DNA of 64,000 bases from Longimicrobiales bacterium (GCA_965203485.1 OZ241892.1:1856001-1920000); one strand, 5' to 3'. Positions 27,854 to 38,268 are shown, counted from the stretch's first letter. Program-made: numbers and translations. The notes: generated by a model not told the origin, from the letters alone.

Positions 27854-29962
27854 TCATGGGGTCGGCCGCGCGCGGCGCACGAGCTTGGCCACGGCGGCGA
27901 CCTGGGCCTGGAAGTCCATGGCGGTGGTGTCCAGCAGGACGGCGTCCGCGGGCCGCGTCAGCGGAGCCGCCCGGCGCGACGAGTCGACTTGGTCGCGGCG
28001 GGCCAGGCGGGCGGCCTCCGCGGCAATCTCCGCGGTCGCGGGGTCGCGGCGGCCTTCCTGCAGGAGGCGGCGGAGAGCCCGCGTCCGCGCGTCCGCCACC
28101 AGGAAGACCTTCACGGGCGCGGCCGGGAACACGACGGTGCCCATGTCGCGGCCGTCGGCGACCAAGCCCGGACCCCGCGCCGATCCGCGCTGAAGGGCGA
28201 GCAGTCGGTCGCGCGCGGCGGGCACGGCGGATACTTGGGAGACGAGCGCGTTGACTCTCGCCGTCCGGATCGCGCCGTCGGCCACGCGACGTCCGTTCAG
28301 GCGGACGTGCATGGCGGAACCGTCCCAACCGGCGGCCACGTCCAGCCGAGCCAACTCCGCTCGGGTCAGGCCCTCGACGTCCGCGGCGGAGCGCCCGGCG
28401 TCCAGCAGCGCCAGCGTGATCGCCCGGTACAGCGCTCCCGAATCGAGGTGGCGGAAGCCCAACTCGTCCGCAACCGCCTTGGCCGTCGCGGACTTGCCCG
28501 CCCCGGCCGGTCCGTCGATCGTCACGACGAGACAGGCTTCACGAGGGTTCGGAGCATCCGCGGCGCCGGGGGCGTCCGCTGGGCGGCGAGCGCCCGCGGC
28601 CGTCGGGACGCTGCCGTGCCGAGCGCCGGACCGAGCGGACGCATGGACCCGCGCCGTCCCGGCCGCGCCCGCCTTCGTCCGCTCGAGAAGCCGCCAGAAG
28701 CCGGGGAAGCTCACGTCGGACACGGTGGGATCGTCGATGCGGACGTCGCACTCCGGCGTCGCGCCGAGGACGCCGAAGGCCATGGCCACCCGGTGGTCGC
28801 CGAAGCTCTTGACCGTGCCCGCGAGGGGGCGCCGCGTGCCCTCGATCTCGAGCCCGTCCCTCCCTTCCTCAACGCGCGCGCCGATCTCGCGCAGATTGGC
28901 GGCCAGGGCGGCCAGCCGGTCGGACTCCTTGAGGCGCAACTCGGCGGCGCCCGTGATCCGCGTGACCCCTTCGGCGCGGACCGCCGTCACCGCCAGCGCC
29001 GGCAGCTCGTCGATCATGCCGGGGACCTCGTCTCCCCCGACTTCCACGGCCCTCAGGCCGCCAGAGCCGACGACCCGCGCGTCGCCCAGCGTCTCACCGC
29101 CCGCCTGCGAGCGGCGCGCCACGGTCACCTCCGCTCCCATGCGCTCCAAGACGCGGAGAAACCCGGTGCGCGTCTCGTTCAGGCCCACGCCGGGCGCATT
29201 GACGGCGAGGCGCTCCGACAGGGCCGCCAGCGCGAAGAAGAAGGACGCGGAGGACACGTCGCCCGGCACGCGCAGGTCCAACGGCGCCAGCTCGCCGGCC
29301 GGCACGCCCACGCGCACGACCCAGCGGCCGCCGCGCTGCTCTTCGCGGACGGGCACGCCCATCGCCGCCAGCATTCGCTCCGTGTGGTCGCGCGACCGGC
29401 GGGGCTCGGACACCACGGCCTCGACGCCCGCGCCAACCGCCGCGAGCAACACCGCGCTCTTGACCTGGGCGCTGGCCACGGGGCTCTCGAACTCCACCGC
29501 TCCGAGCGCCCCGCCCCGCACGCGCATCGGAAGCAAGCCGTGCCGGTCCAAGTACGACACGGACGCGCCCATCCCCCGGAGCGGAGCCGCGACCCTCTCC
29601 ATGGGACGGCGCCGCAGCGACTCGTCGCCGTCGAGCACCACGTCCAGCGGCTGCGCGGCCAGCGCGCCCGCGAGCAGCCGAACGCCCGTGCCGCTGTTCC
29701 GGAGATCGAGCGGAGCGGCAGGCGCCGTCCACGAGCGGAGCCCCCGGCCGCGAACGCGGACCATGTCGCCCACGCCCCCGTCCAAGCCGGCGATCTCTGC
29801 GCCCAGCGCCTGCACGGCGCGGCCGGTCGCCAGCGGGTCGGCGCTGCGGAGCATTCCGGCGAGGCGGCTCTCCCCGGCCGCGACCGCTCCAAGCAGCAGC
29901 GCCCGCTGGCTCACCGACTTGTCGCCGGGCATGGGGACCGTCAGTTCGCGGATGCCGCCCAC
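27854..29962 (-). CDS. aroA-cmk: Bifunctional EPSP synthase / cytidylate kinase
   Basis: AroA motifs PGDKSVSQR, NSGT, RRPM, SAQVKS, RDHTERML, DVSSA, KESDR, DHRVAM; linker; Cmk motifs IDGPAGAGKS, LDSGALYR, DGRDMGTVVFP, RRD..D. Confidence 0.93.
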   Translation of the reverse strand: MGGIRELTVPMPGDKSVSQRALLLGAVAAGESRLAGMLRSADPLATGRAVQALGAEIAGLDGGVGDMVRVRGRGLRSWTAPAAPLDLRNSGTGVRLLAGALAAQPLDVVLDGDESLRRRPMERVAAPLRGMGASVSYLDRHGLLPMRVRGGALGAVEFESPVASAQVKSAVLLAAVGAGVEAVVSEPRRSRDHTERMLAAMGVPVREEQRGGRWVVRVGVPAGELAPLDLRVPGDVSSASFFFALAALSERLAVNAPGVGLNETRTGFLRVLERMGAEVTVARRSQAGGETLGDARVVGSGGLRAVEVGGDEVPGMIDELPALAVTAVRAEGVTRITGAAELRLKESDRLAALAANLREIGARVEEGRDGLEIEGTRRPLAGTVKSFGDHRVAMAFGVLGATPECDVRIDDPTVSDVSFPGFWRLLERTKAGAAGTARVHASARSGARHGSVPTAAGARRPADAPGAADAPNPREACLVVTIDGPAGAGKSATAKAVADELGFRHLDSGALYRAITLALLDAGRSAADVEGLTRAELARLDVAAGWDGSAMHVRLNGRRVADGAIRTARVNALVSQVSAVPAARDRLLALQRGSARGPGLVADGRDMGTVVFPAAPVKVFLVADARTRALRRLLQEGRRDPATAEIAAEAARLARRDQVDSSRRAAPLTRPADAVLLDTTAMDFQAQVAAVAKLVRRARPTP

Positions 29963-30149
29963 TACTGCGACGCCCTCCGAATCGTCACGTCGCGACCCCT
30001 CGCGCCCGCTCAGCCAAACGTGATATCATGATACCATCTTCTTGCGGGCTGGCCTGGACATGCCCCGCGCGCATAGGCCAAGCCCTCGCCGCACGGATCG
30101 CTCGGCCGTGTGGCTCGACCGGACGCCAAGGCGTGCACGGCGGAGCGGG

Positions 30150-31037
30150 CTAAGGCGCGATCCAATGCCGCGCCTTTCCGATCGCTTGCCGCAACGTGTC
30201 CTCGTCGCCGGTCTCCAGCGACCGGCGCGCGTCGGCGAGCGCGCGCTCCAGGCGGGCCAGCGCGTCGGCATCCTCCTTCGCGGCCGACCGGAGCAACGGA
30301 ATCCAAACGTCGGGCGACGACGCGGCCAAGCGAGTCATGTCGCGACCGCCGGGCCCCAAGCGGTCGCGGGCCAGCCCGTCGTCGGCAAGCACCCCGGCCA
30401 AAGCCCAGGCGGCCAGCTGCGGCAAGTGGCTGGCCCGCGACATCATGTGGTCGTGCCGGGCCGGATCCACGACGCGGGGCTTGCCGCCCAGCGCCCGCCA
30501 GAACGCCTTGGCCCGTTCGAGGACCTCGGCGCCTGCCGCTTCTCCTTCGGCGGCCCCGCCGGCCGGGCACAGCCAGACGGTGGCGTCCTCGAACAAGTCC
30601 GCGTCCGCAGCGCCGTAGCCGGAGGACTCCGATCCGCACATCGGATGTGCGCCGACGAACGGCCCCGTCCCGGTCTGCTCGGCGACCGACACGACCGGCG
30701 CCTTCAGGCTCGCCACGTCCATGGCCAGCGCCGCGCGGCTCCAATGCGCGGCCTGCGACTCGACCAGCGACATCGTCGCGTCGAGCGGGAGCGCATAGAC
30801 CACGACCGATCCGGCGAGGCGGCGCCCCTCGATCCCGCTCACGATCTCGACGCCGTCGCGGGCCGCCTCTTTCGCGTTCGCCCGCGACGTGTCGATCCCC
30901 CGCACCGGAACCGCCGGAAACCGCTTCGCCACCGCCTTTGCCACCGAACCGCCCATGACGCCCAGACCCACTGCCATCACCGAGCCGCCGCCGGCCACGG
31001 GCACGGCAGGGCTCCTCACGTGCCGAGCCGACGGCAA
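30150..31037 (-). CDS. tyrA: Prephenate/arogenate dehydrogenase; start uncertain
   Basis: Motifs GLGVMGGS, DVASLK, FVGAHPMCGSE, HD......SHLPQ, GPGGRDMTRLA.S. Confidence 0.88.
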   Translation of the reverse strand: MPSARHVRSPAVPVAGGGSVMAVGLGVMGGSVAKAVAKRFPAVPVRGIDTSRANAKEAARDGVEIVSGIEGRRLAGSVVVYALPLDATMSLVESQAAHWSRAALAMDVASLKAPVVSVAEQTGTGPFVGAHPMCGSESSGYGAADADLFEDATVWLCPAGGAAEGEAAGAEVLERAKAFWRALGGKPRVVDPARHDHMMSRASHLPQLAAWALAGVLADDGLARDRLGPGGRDMTRLAASSPDVWIPLLRSAAKEDADALARLERALADARRSLETGDEDTLRQAIGKARHWIAP

Positions 31038-31049
31038 GCGGCGTCCTTG

Positions 31050-34000
31050 CTATGCACTGCGCGAGCCCGACCGGGCGATCGTGGCGGCTTCGAGCACGGC
31101 CCTGACTTGTCCGGCGTCGCCGGCGCTCCAGCAGTAGCACCAGGGCACGGCTGCCGCTCCGCACTCGTCTCGCACCCGCCTGCCGAAGTGAGTGCGAATG
31201 AAGCGCATGATGACGACGGCGTCGCATTCCTTCAACGCACCCCGCACGGCGTCCAGCGGCTTCTGCCAGTTCGCGCGCCATCCGCTCCGCACGAAACGCA
31301 CGACAACGGCGGCGTCCCGTTCTTTAATCGCGCGCTGTACTTGGGGTTCCCTCTTGGCTTGGCGCTCGTCCCCTCCGACCACCAGCACGGTCACGCGCCT
31401 CGGGTACTCGTCGGGCGTCTTCTCGGACACGACGGAATTGGACAACTGCGCCAGCCGTTGCTCCATGTGATCGTAGTACGAATTCGGCAGGCCGAGCTCC
31501 TTGATCTGTTCCAGAACGCCCTCCGCGTCGTACAGCTTTCGGCGCTTCGCCGCCTCGAAGAAGAGCGGCCCCAGCACGTCCGCCGCAGACTGAAAGCTCC
31601 CCTGGGCTTCCAGGCAGCCGGCATGGGCCACGCGGGCGTCCTCCGGCAACAACGGCGGGCAGTCGTAGTCGTCTCGGCGCAACAACTCGGTGAACTGGGC
31701 AGTCTCGATGCCCTGGGTAGCGTAGTCCTCGAGCATGTCGATCACGTCGAGGGCGGCCTCGTTGGTGTCCTCGAACGCGCCCATCGCCCGATAGCCGCGC
31801 AATGCGGTTACGAGGTCTCCGACCGCGTCCTTCTTCTTCCTGCCCGGCCGACAGGCCCGGCCGTACAAGGCCGGCGCCATCCACTTGCAGTGGTCCACGG
31901 CGGGCCCAGCAGCGAGCGTGTCGAAGGCGTCTTCATCGCCCGTCTTCTGAATCCATTCCGCGACGAGCTGCAGGTCCGACGTTGCTCCGACCAACTGCAG
32001 AGCATCGATGATCTCGCCGACGAAGTACGGCGGCAGCGCCGCGCCTTGCTTCAACCCTTCCACAATGCGCCGCGTGCCGAGCGACGAATCCTGTTCCGAG
32101 ACGAGAAGAACCTCCGCGACGCCCAGGTACAAGCCCGTTCGGGCCACCAACCGTCCGTCGTATTGTCCCGGACCGGCTCCGATGACCGCGTGCGCCTGCT
32201 TGAAGCGCTCCGCGGCTTGGTCGTATTCTCGGCGGCACATGGCAAGCACCCCGAGGCAGTAGTGGCCGTGCGACGCGTAGCGAACATCGTCCTCAGCCGA
32301 CTTGTCGAAGTGTTGGCGGCCCGCTTCCAGTTGATGCAGAAGCTTCTCCCGAGCCTCTGGCTCTCGGGGAAGCCGGACGTCGTTGAGTTCGCGGAATCCG
32401 CCCTTCAGCAACCCCAAGTCGGCATGCGCCATGGCGCGGACTCTAGCCGTGGGATCGCGCTTGAGGAGGTTCTGAAGGATTCGACGCGCCTTGTCGGCCT
32501 GCCCTAGATGGCGAAGGCAGTGAGCCTGCCTGCGCCTCGCGTCCAAGACCAACTGCTCCCGGTACGGCGAGTCGTTGACCGCACTGTCCGCAGGCGCCTG
32601 CCTAAGGCGTTCGAAGACCGCCAGCCCGTTGGCCGCGTCGCCGTTGCGCAGCAACTCGGTGCCCGCGTCGAGCAGAGACTTGAAGAGCGAATCGGCCGAG
32701 ACGGCAAGGGCACGCGGGCGCACGAATTCCGCCAAGTCGCGCAGCCGGCCTTCGGCGCGCAATGCCCGCACGACGTGCTCGACCCCCTCCGCCGAGGGCG
32801 GCGAGCCGTCTCCCAGTCCCCGAACCAACTCGCGCCGGTCGAACTCGTCGACGATGCGGGCCCACGACGCCGAACGAGCCCAGCCTCGCACGACGCCAGC
32901 CCAGTACCAGCGCGCGCGGCGGCGGCTGGTCTCGGCCCACTGCTCCACCAGCCGTCGCCCGAACAGAGCATCGCGGAAGCCGGCGTGCAGGTGCGACCGG
33001 TGCCTTCGCCCGTTCAGATGCACGTAGTCGTCCACCATGTCGTCGACTTCGTCCTCCGACAAGGCGTCCCTGATGCCGTCCCGGGCGTCCTCGACCGCCC
33101 TGAGCAGCACGAAGTCCAGCGTCGTCAGCGAGCCGCCCGGGCCAGCCTCTGCGCTGTCGGCCTGCGGCTTCGGCTCCGTCGCGAACGAATCCGCCCGGGC
33201 GGATTCGCCTGTCGGCGTCGGGCTCGCGGAACCGGGAGAGGCTGTGGACGCGGCCGGAGAAGGAGAGGCGCCAGGACGCGCGGATGCGGAGGACAGATGC
33301 CCCCCGGGGGCCACGGAGGTCTCCACGGGTACGGGGGCGGCGGCGGCAGGGGCCTCGGGCGGCGTAGGTGCGGCAACGGCCGCAGGAGGCTCGGAGGGCG
33401 CGGGCGGCACGGCGGCAATAGGAGACCCGGAGGACGCACCCGTCCCGGCAGTCGCAGGAGCCTCGGCCGCATCGAGGCGCGGGGGCGCGGCTGGAGTCTC
33501 GCTTCCATCGGAGGACGGGGAGGCGCCGGGGGCGACGGCGTCGTCGCGGACCGGGACGACGGGGGTGGCCGGCGTCGGCGCAACGGCCGCCCCCGTCGAG
33601 GGTGCAGGCGCGCCAGCGGCCGAGGTGGCCGGCGTTGCAGCCGGGTCCGGAGCCGCGGACGCATCCGGCGCCGGCCGCTGGGCTTGGTCGCGCAACCACG
33701 CCTTCAGGTGCTCCGAGACCGGCGAGCGCTTCCGGGAGACGAACAGCAGGTAGACCGCGGCGTCCCGAGGCCCAAACTCGCCAGCCAAGCTGGCCGCCCC
33801 CGCGCGGACTCTCTCGGAAGGGACATCCGCGCCTGGACCATGGACGGCGGCCGGATCCGCCAGCCCCAGGAGACCCGCGAAGCGATGCGCCGTCATCCTC
33901 CACTTCGGCACGTCGTCAAGCGCGCCCAGCAATTCGGCGGCGTGCTTGGCGTGCCGCAGCCGCACGTGCTTCATGGCCTCCGCGATCTTGGCGTCGGGCC

Positions 34001-34289
34001 ATCGGCCGACGGTCGCGGGCCTGAAGTTCCGGGCGGCGGCCACGGCACGGACCAAGTTGGTCCGATTGACCGGTCGTCCCCGCATGAACGCCTCCGCCAC
34101 CTCCTCTCTCTCGTTCACGTGGAGCAACGTCCAGAGCCGGAGCGCGGTCGCCCGTCCCGGGTCGGCCATGATGCGCCGAAGGCCTTCCGGCAGCGGTTGG
34201 CCGCTGGCGCCAGCGTGCATCTCTCGCGTCTCCTGTCCAAAGCGGCGGCTCGTCGCGTCGCGCGAACGGGGGTTCCTCGGGGGGTCCAC
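31050..34289 (-). CDS. Large multidomain hypothetical protein: helical N-domain, Pro/Ala/Ser linker, TPR-like helices, C-terminal DUF2325-like domain
   Basis: 1079-aa ORF; TPR-like AHCLRHLGQADKARRILQNLL and HYCLGVLAMCRREYDQAAERFKQA; C-terminal VLVVGG...CDAVVIMRFIRTH...AAVP. Confidence 0.75.
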   Translation of the reverse strand: MDPPRNPRSRDATSRRFGQETREMHAGASGQPLPEGLRRIMADPGRATALRLWTLLHVNEREEVAEAFMRGRPVNRTNLVRAVAAARNFRPATVGRWPDAKIAEAMKHVRLRHAKHAAELLGALDDVPKWRMTAHRFAGLLGLADPAAVHGPGADVPSERVRAGAASLAGEFGPRDAAVYLLFVSRKRSPVSEHLKAWLRDQAQRPAPDASAAPDPAATPATSAAGAPAPSTGAAVAPTPATPVVPVRDDAVAPGASPSSDGSETPAAPPRLDAAEAPATAGTGASSGSPIAAVPPAPSEPPAAVAAPTPPEAPAAAAPVPVETSVAPGGHLSSASARPGASPSPAASTASPGSASPTPTGESARADSFATEPKPQADSAEAGPGGSLTTLDFVLLRAVEDARDGIRDALSEDEVDDMVDDYVHLNGRRHRSHLHAGFRDALFGRRLVEQWAETSRRRARWYWAGVVRGWARSASWARIVDEFDRRELVRGLGDGSPPSAEGVEHVVRALRAEGRLRDLAEFVRPRALAVSADSLFKSLLDAGTELLRNGDAANGLAVFERLRQAPADSAVNDSPYREQLVLDARRRQAHCLRHLGQADKARRILQNLLKRDPTARVRAMAHADLGLLKGGFRELNDVRLPREPEAREKLLHQLEAGRQHFDKSAEDDVRYASHGHYCLGVLAMCRREYDQAAERFKQAHAVIGAGPGQYDGRLVARTGLYLGVAEVLLVSEQDSSLGTRRIVEGLKQGAALPPYFVGEIIDALQLVGATSDLQLVAEWIQKTGDEDAFDTLAAGPAVDHCKWMAPALYGRACRPGRKKKDAVGDLVTALRGYRAMGAFEDTNEAALDVIDMLEDYATQGIETAQFTELLRRDDYDCPPLLPEDARVAHAGCLEAQGSFQSAADVLGPLFFEAAKRRKLYDAEGVLEQIKELGLPNSYYDHMEQRLAQLSNSVVSEKTPDEYPRRVTVLVVGGDERQAKREPQVQRAIKERDAAVVVRFVRSGWRANWQKPLDAVRGALKECDAVVIMRFIRTHFGRRVRDECGAAAVPWCYCWSAGDAGQVRAVLEAATIARSGSRSA

Positions 34290-34383
34290 TACTCGCCCAG
34301 TCGCATCGCCGCGTCAAGCAACCGCGACGTCCGATAGCTGTCGGGACCGCAACGCTTGGGCGCCGCGAGGGCGACATGCGGGG

Positions 34384-35583
34384 TCACCGAACGGGCGTCC
34401 GCTCCACCCTTCGCAACTGAACGAACTGCTCTCCAAGCTCAGCGGTCTCGCCCAAGAGCACCGCTACTTCGCCCGAACCGCCGAGCAACCGGAAGTCCTC
34501 CGGAACGGCGACGGTCGCGCGAACCGCGCCGACGACCGGATCCACGACGAGCCAGTCCCGTCCGCCCTCCAGGTCCGGCGAAAACGGCTGCAACCACACG
34601 TCGCGACCCATCGCCACGATCCGGCGAACGGGCGGCGCCAGCGGCGGCAGGTCGTCGAGCGTGCCGTCGAACCGCCGGCGAACCAGCGCGACATCCTCGC
34701 CGACTGCTCGCGACAACGCCTCCGCTCTCAATGCCCGGATCGCTTCGCGGCTGTACCGCGGCCGCCCAACCGGCAGAGCCACGCGCCGCTCGGGACCATC
34801 GACGCCGAAACGCCAGACTTCAAGCACGGGTTCTGCGACGGGCGCGACAACAGCCGCGCCGACGGCGGCCGCGACCTGCGCACCACCGAGAAAAGCCATG
34901 CTGTTCGACGCCACGCCACCCTCGATTTGAAGCACGTAGTCGTACCCCAAGCGCCGCATCCCCAAGGACTCCGTCCTTTGCCCGGCAACGTCGAAGAGAA
35001 AGACTTCGCGTTGCCGTTCCGTCAGGCCGCTCCCGGCGTCCAGGGACGCATAGGAACTCGCCTCGAGAACCCAAACGCCGGACGCGACAACCGCCAGCAA
35101 CCGCGTCGGCGCCCCATCCAGCTGGAGCGCCGGATGAATGTCCGGCTCATCCCCTCCCGGTCGCCAGACCGTCGTCCGCGCGAGTTGCGAGTCGTACGCC
35201 ACGATCGTGTCGTGCAAAGCGAAGACCCGCTGAAGCCACCCGAATTCTCCCGGTCCCTCTCCACGGCCGCCCAAGACGGCGAGCACCTCTCCAACCGGCG
35301 AGACCCGAAGTATCTGCCTCGGTCCTCGATCCGCAAGCAACACGCTTCCGTCGGCCATGACCGCCGCGTCCGCCACGAACTGGAGGTGGACGCCGTCCCC
35401 GATGCCGACGACGGCAACAGGACGCCCACCAAGGCTCCAGTGCTCCAGGGCCGGTGTCGGTTGCGCGTATGAAGGCGCGGCGAGCCCGAACGTGCACCCG
35501 ATCGCTGCGGCCAGGACATGAGTGCGCAACGCAGCATTGCGCAACGCATATGTCGTCTTCGTGAACATTCTGCGATTCTCCAT
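34384..35583 (-). CDS. Exported 6-bladed beta-propeller (NHL-like) protein
   Basis: Signal peptide; LGGRGEGPGEF, DTIVAYD, W...D..G motifs. Confidence 0.78.
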   Translation of the reverse strand: MENRRMFTKTTYALRNAALRTHVLAAAIGCTFGLAAPSYAQPTPALEHWSLGGRPVAVVGIGDGVHLQFVADAAVMADGSVLLADRGPRQILRVSPVGEVLAVLGGRGEGPGEFGWLQRVFALHDTIVAYDSQLARTTVWRPGGDEPDIHPALQLDGAPTRLLAVVASGVWVLEASSYASLDAGSGLTERQREVFLFDVAGQRTESLGMRRLGYDYVLQIEGGVASNSMAFLGGAQVAAAVGAAVVAPVAEPVLEVWRFGVDGPERRVALPVGRPRYSREAIRALRAEALSRAVGEDVALVRRRFDGTLDDLPPLAPPVRRIVAMGRDVWLQPFSPDLEGGRDWLVVDPVVGAVRATVAVPEDFRLLGGSGEVAVLLGETAELGEQFVQLRRVERTPVR

Positions 35584-35665
35584 GTGACCCCATCAGCGCC
35601 GACGCTGTCTGATTGTTCCTTTAGTTGTCGTTATTGAGTCATGCACTCGTGGCCCCCAGGGTCCG

Positions 35666-36604
35666 TCAGGCACGGAGGCCGATCTCCACCAGGAGGCCGT
35701 CGTGCGCGACGACCGACGCCGGGAAGACGCTCTTCGCTTGGGCTTCCAGTATCTTGGGCCTGTCGGAATAGCGGGCCGACACGTGGGTGAGAACCAGGCG
35801 CCCCGCCCCGGCCCGGGCGGCCACGTCGGCGGCTTCGGCGGCGGTCGAGTGCCGCGTCTCGCGGGCTCGGCGACCCTCGTCGGAGGCGAACGTGGCTTCG
35901 TGGATGAGAAGGTCGGCGCCGCGGGCGATCGAGACGGTCTCCCGGCAAGGCCGCGTGTCGCCTGCGTAGACGATCTTGCGTCCCGGGCGCGGCGGCCCGA
36001 CGAGATCGGACGGCGAGACGGCACGGCCGTCCACCTCCACGGTCTCGCCTCGGTGCAGCTGTCCGAAGAGAGGCCCCTCGGGCACGCCCAGGGCGCGGGC
36101 TCGCTCCGCGTCGAAGCGTCCTAGGCGGGCTTCTTCGACGAGCGCGTACCCCACGGCCGGCACCCCATGGTCGACGCGGAAGACGTGCATGGACCAGCCG
36201 TCGAAGGGCACCCGGTCGCCGGGCTCCACGCCCCGCACCTCGACGCGGAAGGCGGGCTTGCCGACCCCCATCCGGGCGGCCGCCCGCAACTCGTCCCGGG
36301 CGCGAGCCGGTCCGTAGACGGTCAAGTCGTCCTCCCTGCCCTGCAGACCCATGGTGCGCAACAGGCCCGGCAAGCCCAGGAAGTGATCGGCGTGCGCGTG
36401 CGTGACGAAGACGCGCGAGAACGAGAATCCCGCGCCGAACCGCATGAGCTGGCGTTGCGTGCCCTCGCCGCAGTCCCACAGGAAGGACTCGGCGTCGACG
36501 TTGGACCCTGCCGCCCGCCCCGTGCGGTGCACGGCGATTCCCGCGACGTTGCGCGCCACCGTCGGTCGGGCCGCGGCGGTGCCCAAGAACCGGACTCGAA
36601 TCAT
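35666..36604 (-). CDS. rnz: Ribonuclease Z
   Basis: Motifs FLGT.AARP, DCGEGTQRQ, THAHADH, GP..G.L exosite, GDTRPC, HEATF, HST, LTHVSARY. Confidence 0.95.
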   Translation of the reverse strand: MIRVRFLGTAAARPTVARNVAGIAVHRTGRAAGSNVDAESFLWDCGEGTQRQLMRFGAGFSFSRVFVTHAHADHFLGLPGLLRTMGLQGREDDLTVYGPARARDELRAAARMGVGKPAFRVEVRGVEPGDRVPFDGWSMHVFRVDHGVPAVGYALVEEARLGRFDAERARALGVPEGPLFGQLHRGETVEVDGRAVSPSDLVGPPRPGRKIVYAGDTRPCRETVSIARGADLLIHEATFASDEGRRARETRHSTAAEAADVAARAGAGRLVLTHVSARYSDRPKILEAQAKSVFPASVVAHDGLLVEIGLRA

Positions 36605-36945
36605 CGGGGGCGGGTGGCGCCGGAGCTGCCGGAGCCGTGGGAGAGAAGGCGTGGCGGCGTCGGTGGGAGGCCGACGGCGGAGAAAGCTACCCTCTTCGTA
36701 CAAGCGGCGGCAACGCTCGCCCGGCTCGCCGGACCGCCTTTGCCGGATCGCCGGCGTTCAGCCCGCGCGTCGAAGCGGCCCCCGCCCGGGCGGCAAGGCG
36801 CGGCGCCGCGCCGCGGGACGGGCTCTCCAGGGGCCGAGAGACCTTGCGACGCCCGCCGACGCGACCCATGATGAAGCCGCACAGCGAGTTTGGGACTGCC
36901 AATGGCTGGACAGGGCCACCTCCGACATCGAGAGCAACCGATCTC

Positions 36946-38268
36946 ATGGCCAACACGACAAGCACGACCACGCGGCCCGCGAGCCGGCGGCGCTTTCTCG
37001 GCAAGGCGACTGCCGCGCTGGGCGCCTCCTGCCTTCCCGCGCTGAAGGCCGGGGCCGCCGAGATCGCGGCGGAACTCCGCGGCCAGGCGGGCGATCCGGC
37101 AACGATCGCCTCCGACGAGACCTATTGGGCCATGGTGGCGCGCGCCTTCACCGTGGACCGCACGCTCGTCAACCTCAACAACGGCGGCGTCAGCCCGTCG
37201 CCCGCCTTCGTGCAGGACGCGATGAAGCGCCACCTGGACTATTCCAACGAAGCGCCAACCTACACCATGTGGAAGATCCTGGAGCCGCAACGCGAGGGCG
37301 TGCGCGCCCGCATGGCTCGCGAGTGGGGCGTGGACGCCGAGGAAGTCGCCTTCACCCGCAACGCTTCCGAGGGACTTCAGACTTGCCAGTTCGGCTACGA
37401 CCTCGAACCGGGCGACGAGGTCCTGACCACGACCCAGGACTACGGCCGGATGCTCACCACCTTCCGCCAACGCGAGCGCCGCGAAGGCATCGTCATGCGG
37501 CAGATCAAGATTCCGGTGCCTGCCGAGGACCCGGCGGAGATCGCTCGGCTGTTCGAAGAGGCGATCACGCCGCGCACACGGCTCATTCTCATGTGCCACA
37601 TGATCAACCTGACCGGGCAGATTCTTCCCGTGCGCGAAGTCGTGCGCATGGCCCGCCGCCGCGGAGTCCCCGTCATCGTGGACGGCGCACACGCCATGGC
37701 CCACTTCAGCTTCAAGCTGCCGGACCTCGAGTGCGACAACTACTCGACCAGCCTTCACAAGTGGCTCTTTGCCCCCCACGGAACCGGCCTCCTCTACGTC
37801 CGGAAGGAACGGATCCCAACGATCTGGCCCCTGATGGCGGCCCCCGATCCCATGGACGACGACATCCGCAAGTACGAGGAGATCGGCACGCATCCCGCGG
37901 CCAACTACCTGGCCATCGGCGAAGCCCTCACCTTCCACCAGGGCATCGGAAGCGACCGCAAGACCGCCCGCCTGACCTACCTGCGCGACTACTGGGCCAA
38001 CCGGCTCCTGGAGAACGATCGCGTGACGCTCAACACCAGCCAGAAGCCCGGCTTCGCCTGCGGCATCGCCAACGTCCACGTGGACGGCCTGGACACGGCC
38101 CGGCTCGGCGCCTGGCTCTGGGCCGAGCACCGCATCATCAACGTCCCAATCGGCCACGAGGAGTGCGAGGGATTGCGGATCTCGCCCAGCGTGTACACGA
38201 CGCTGGAGGAGCTGGACCGCTTCGCCGAGGCGATGGAATGGGCGATGAAGCACGGGTTGCCGGCGTGA
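36946..38268 (+). CDS. Tat-exported class V PLP-dependent enzyme (isopenicillin N epimerase / cysteine desulfurase-like)
   Basis: SRRRFLG Tat motif; NLNNGG, TRNASEG, IVDGAHA, SLHKWL.APHGTG, LRISP. Confidence 0.85.
   Translation: MANTTSTTTRPASRRRFLGKATAALGASCLPALKAGAAEIAAELRGQAGDPATIASDETYWAMVARAFTVDRTLVNLNNGGVSPSPAFVQDAMKRHLDYSNEAPTYTMWKILEPQREGVRARMAREWGVDAEEVAFTRNASEGLQTCQFGYDLEPGDEVLTTTQDYGRMLTTFRQRERREGIVMRQIKIPVPAEDPAEIARLFEEAITPRTRLILMCHMINLTGQILPVREVVRMARRRGVPVIVDGAHAMAHFSFKLPDLECDNYSTSLHKWLFAPHGTGLLYVRKERIPTIWPLMAAPDPMDDDIRKYEEIGTHPAANYLAIGEALTFHQGIGSDRKTARLTYLRDYWANRLLENDRVTLNTSQKPGFACGIANVHVDGLDTARLGAWLWAEHRIINVPIGHEECEGLRISPSVYTTLEELDRFAEAMEWAMKHGLPA

Noticed and set aside
33125..33690. 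Pro/Ala-rich stretch as a tandem-repeat or CRISPR-like array
   Set aside because: Low-complexity coding linker with no fixed-length repeat-spacer periodicity.
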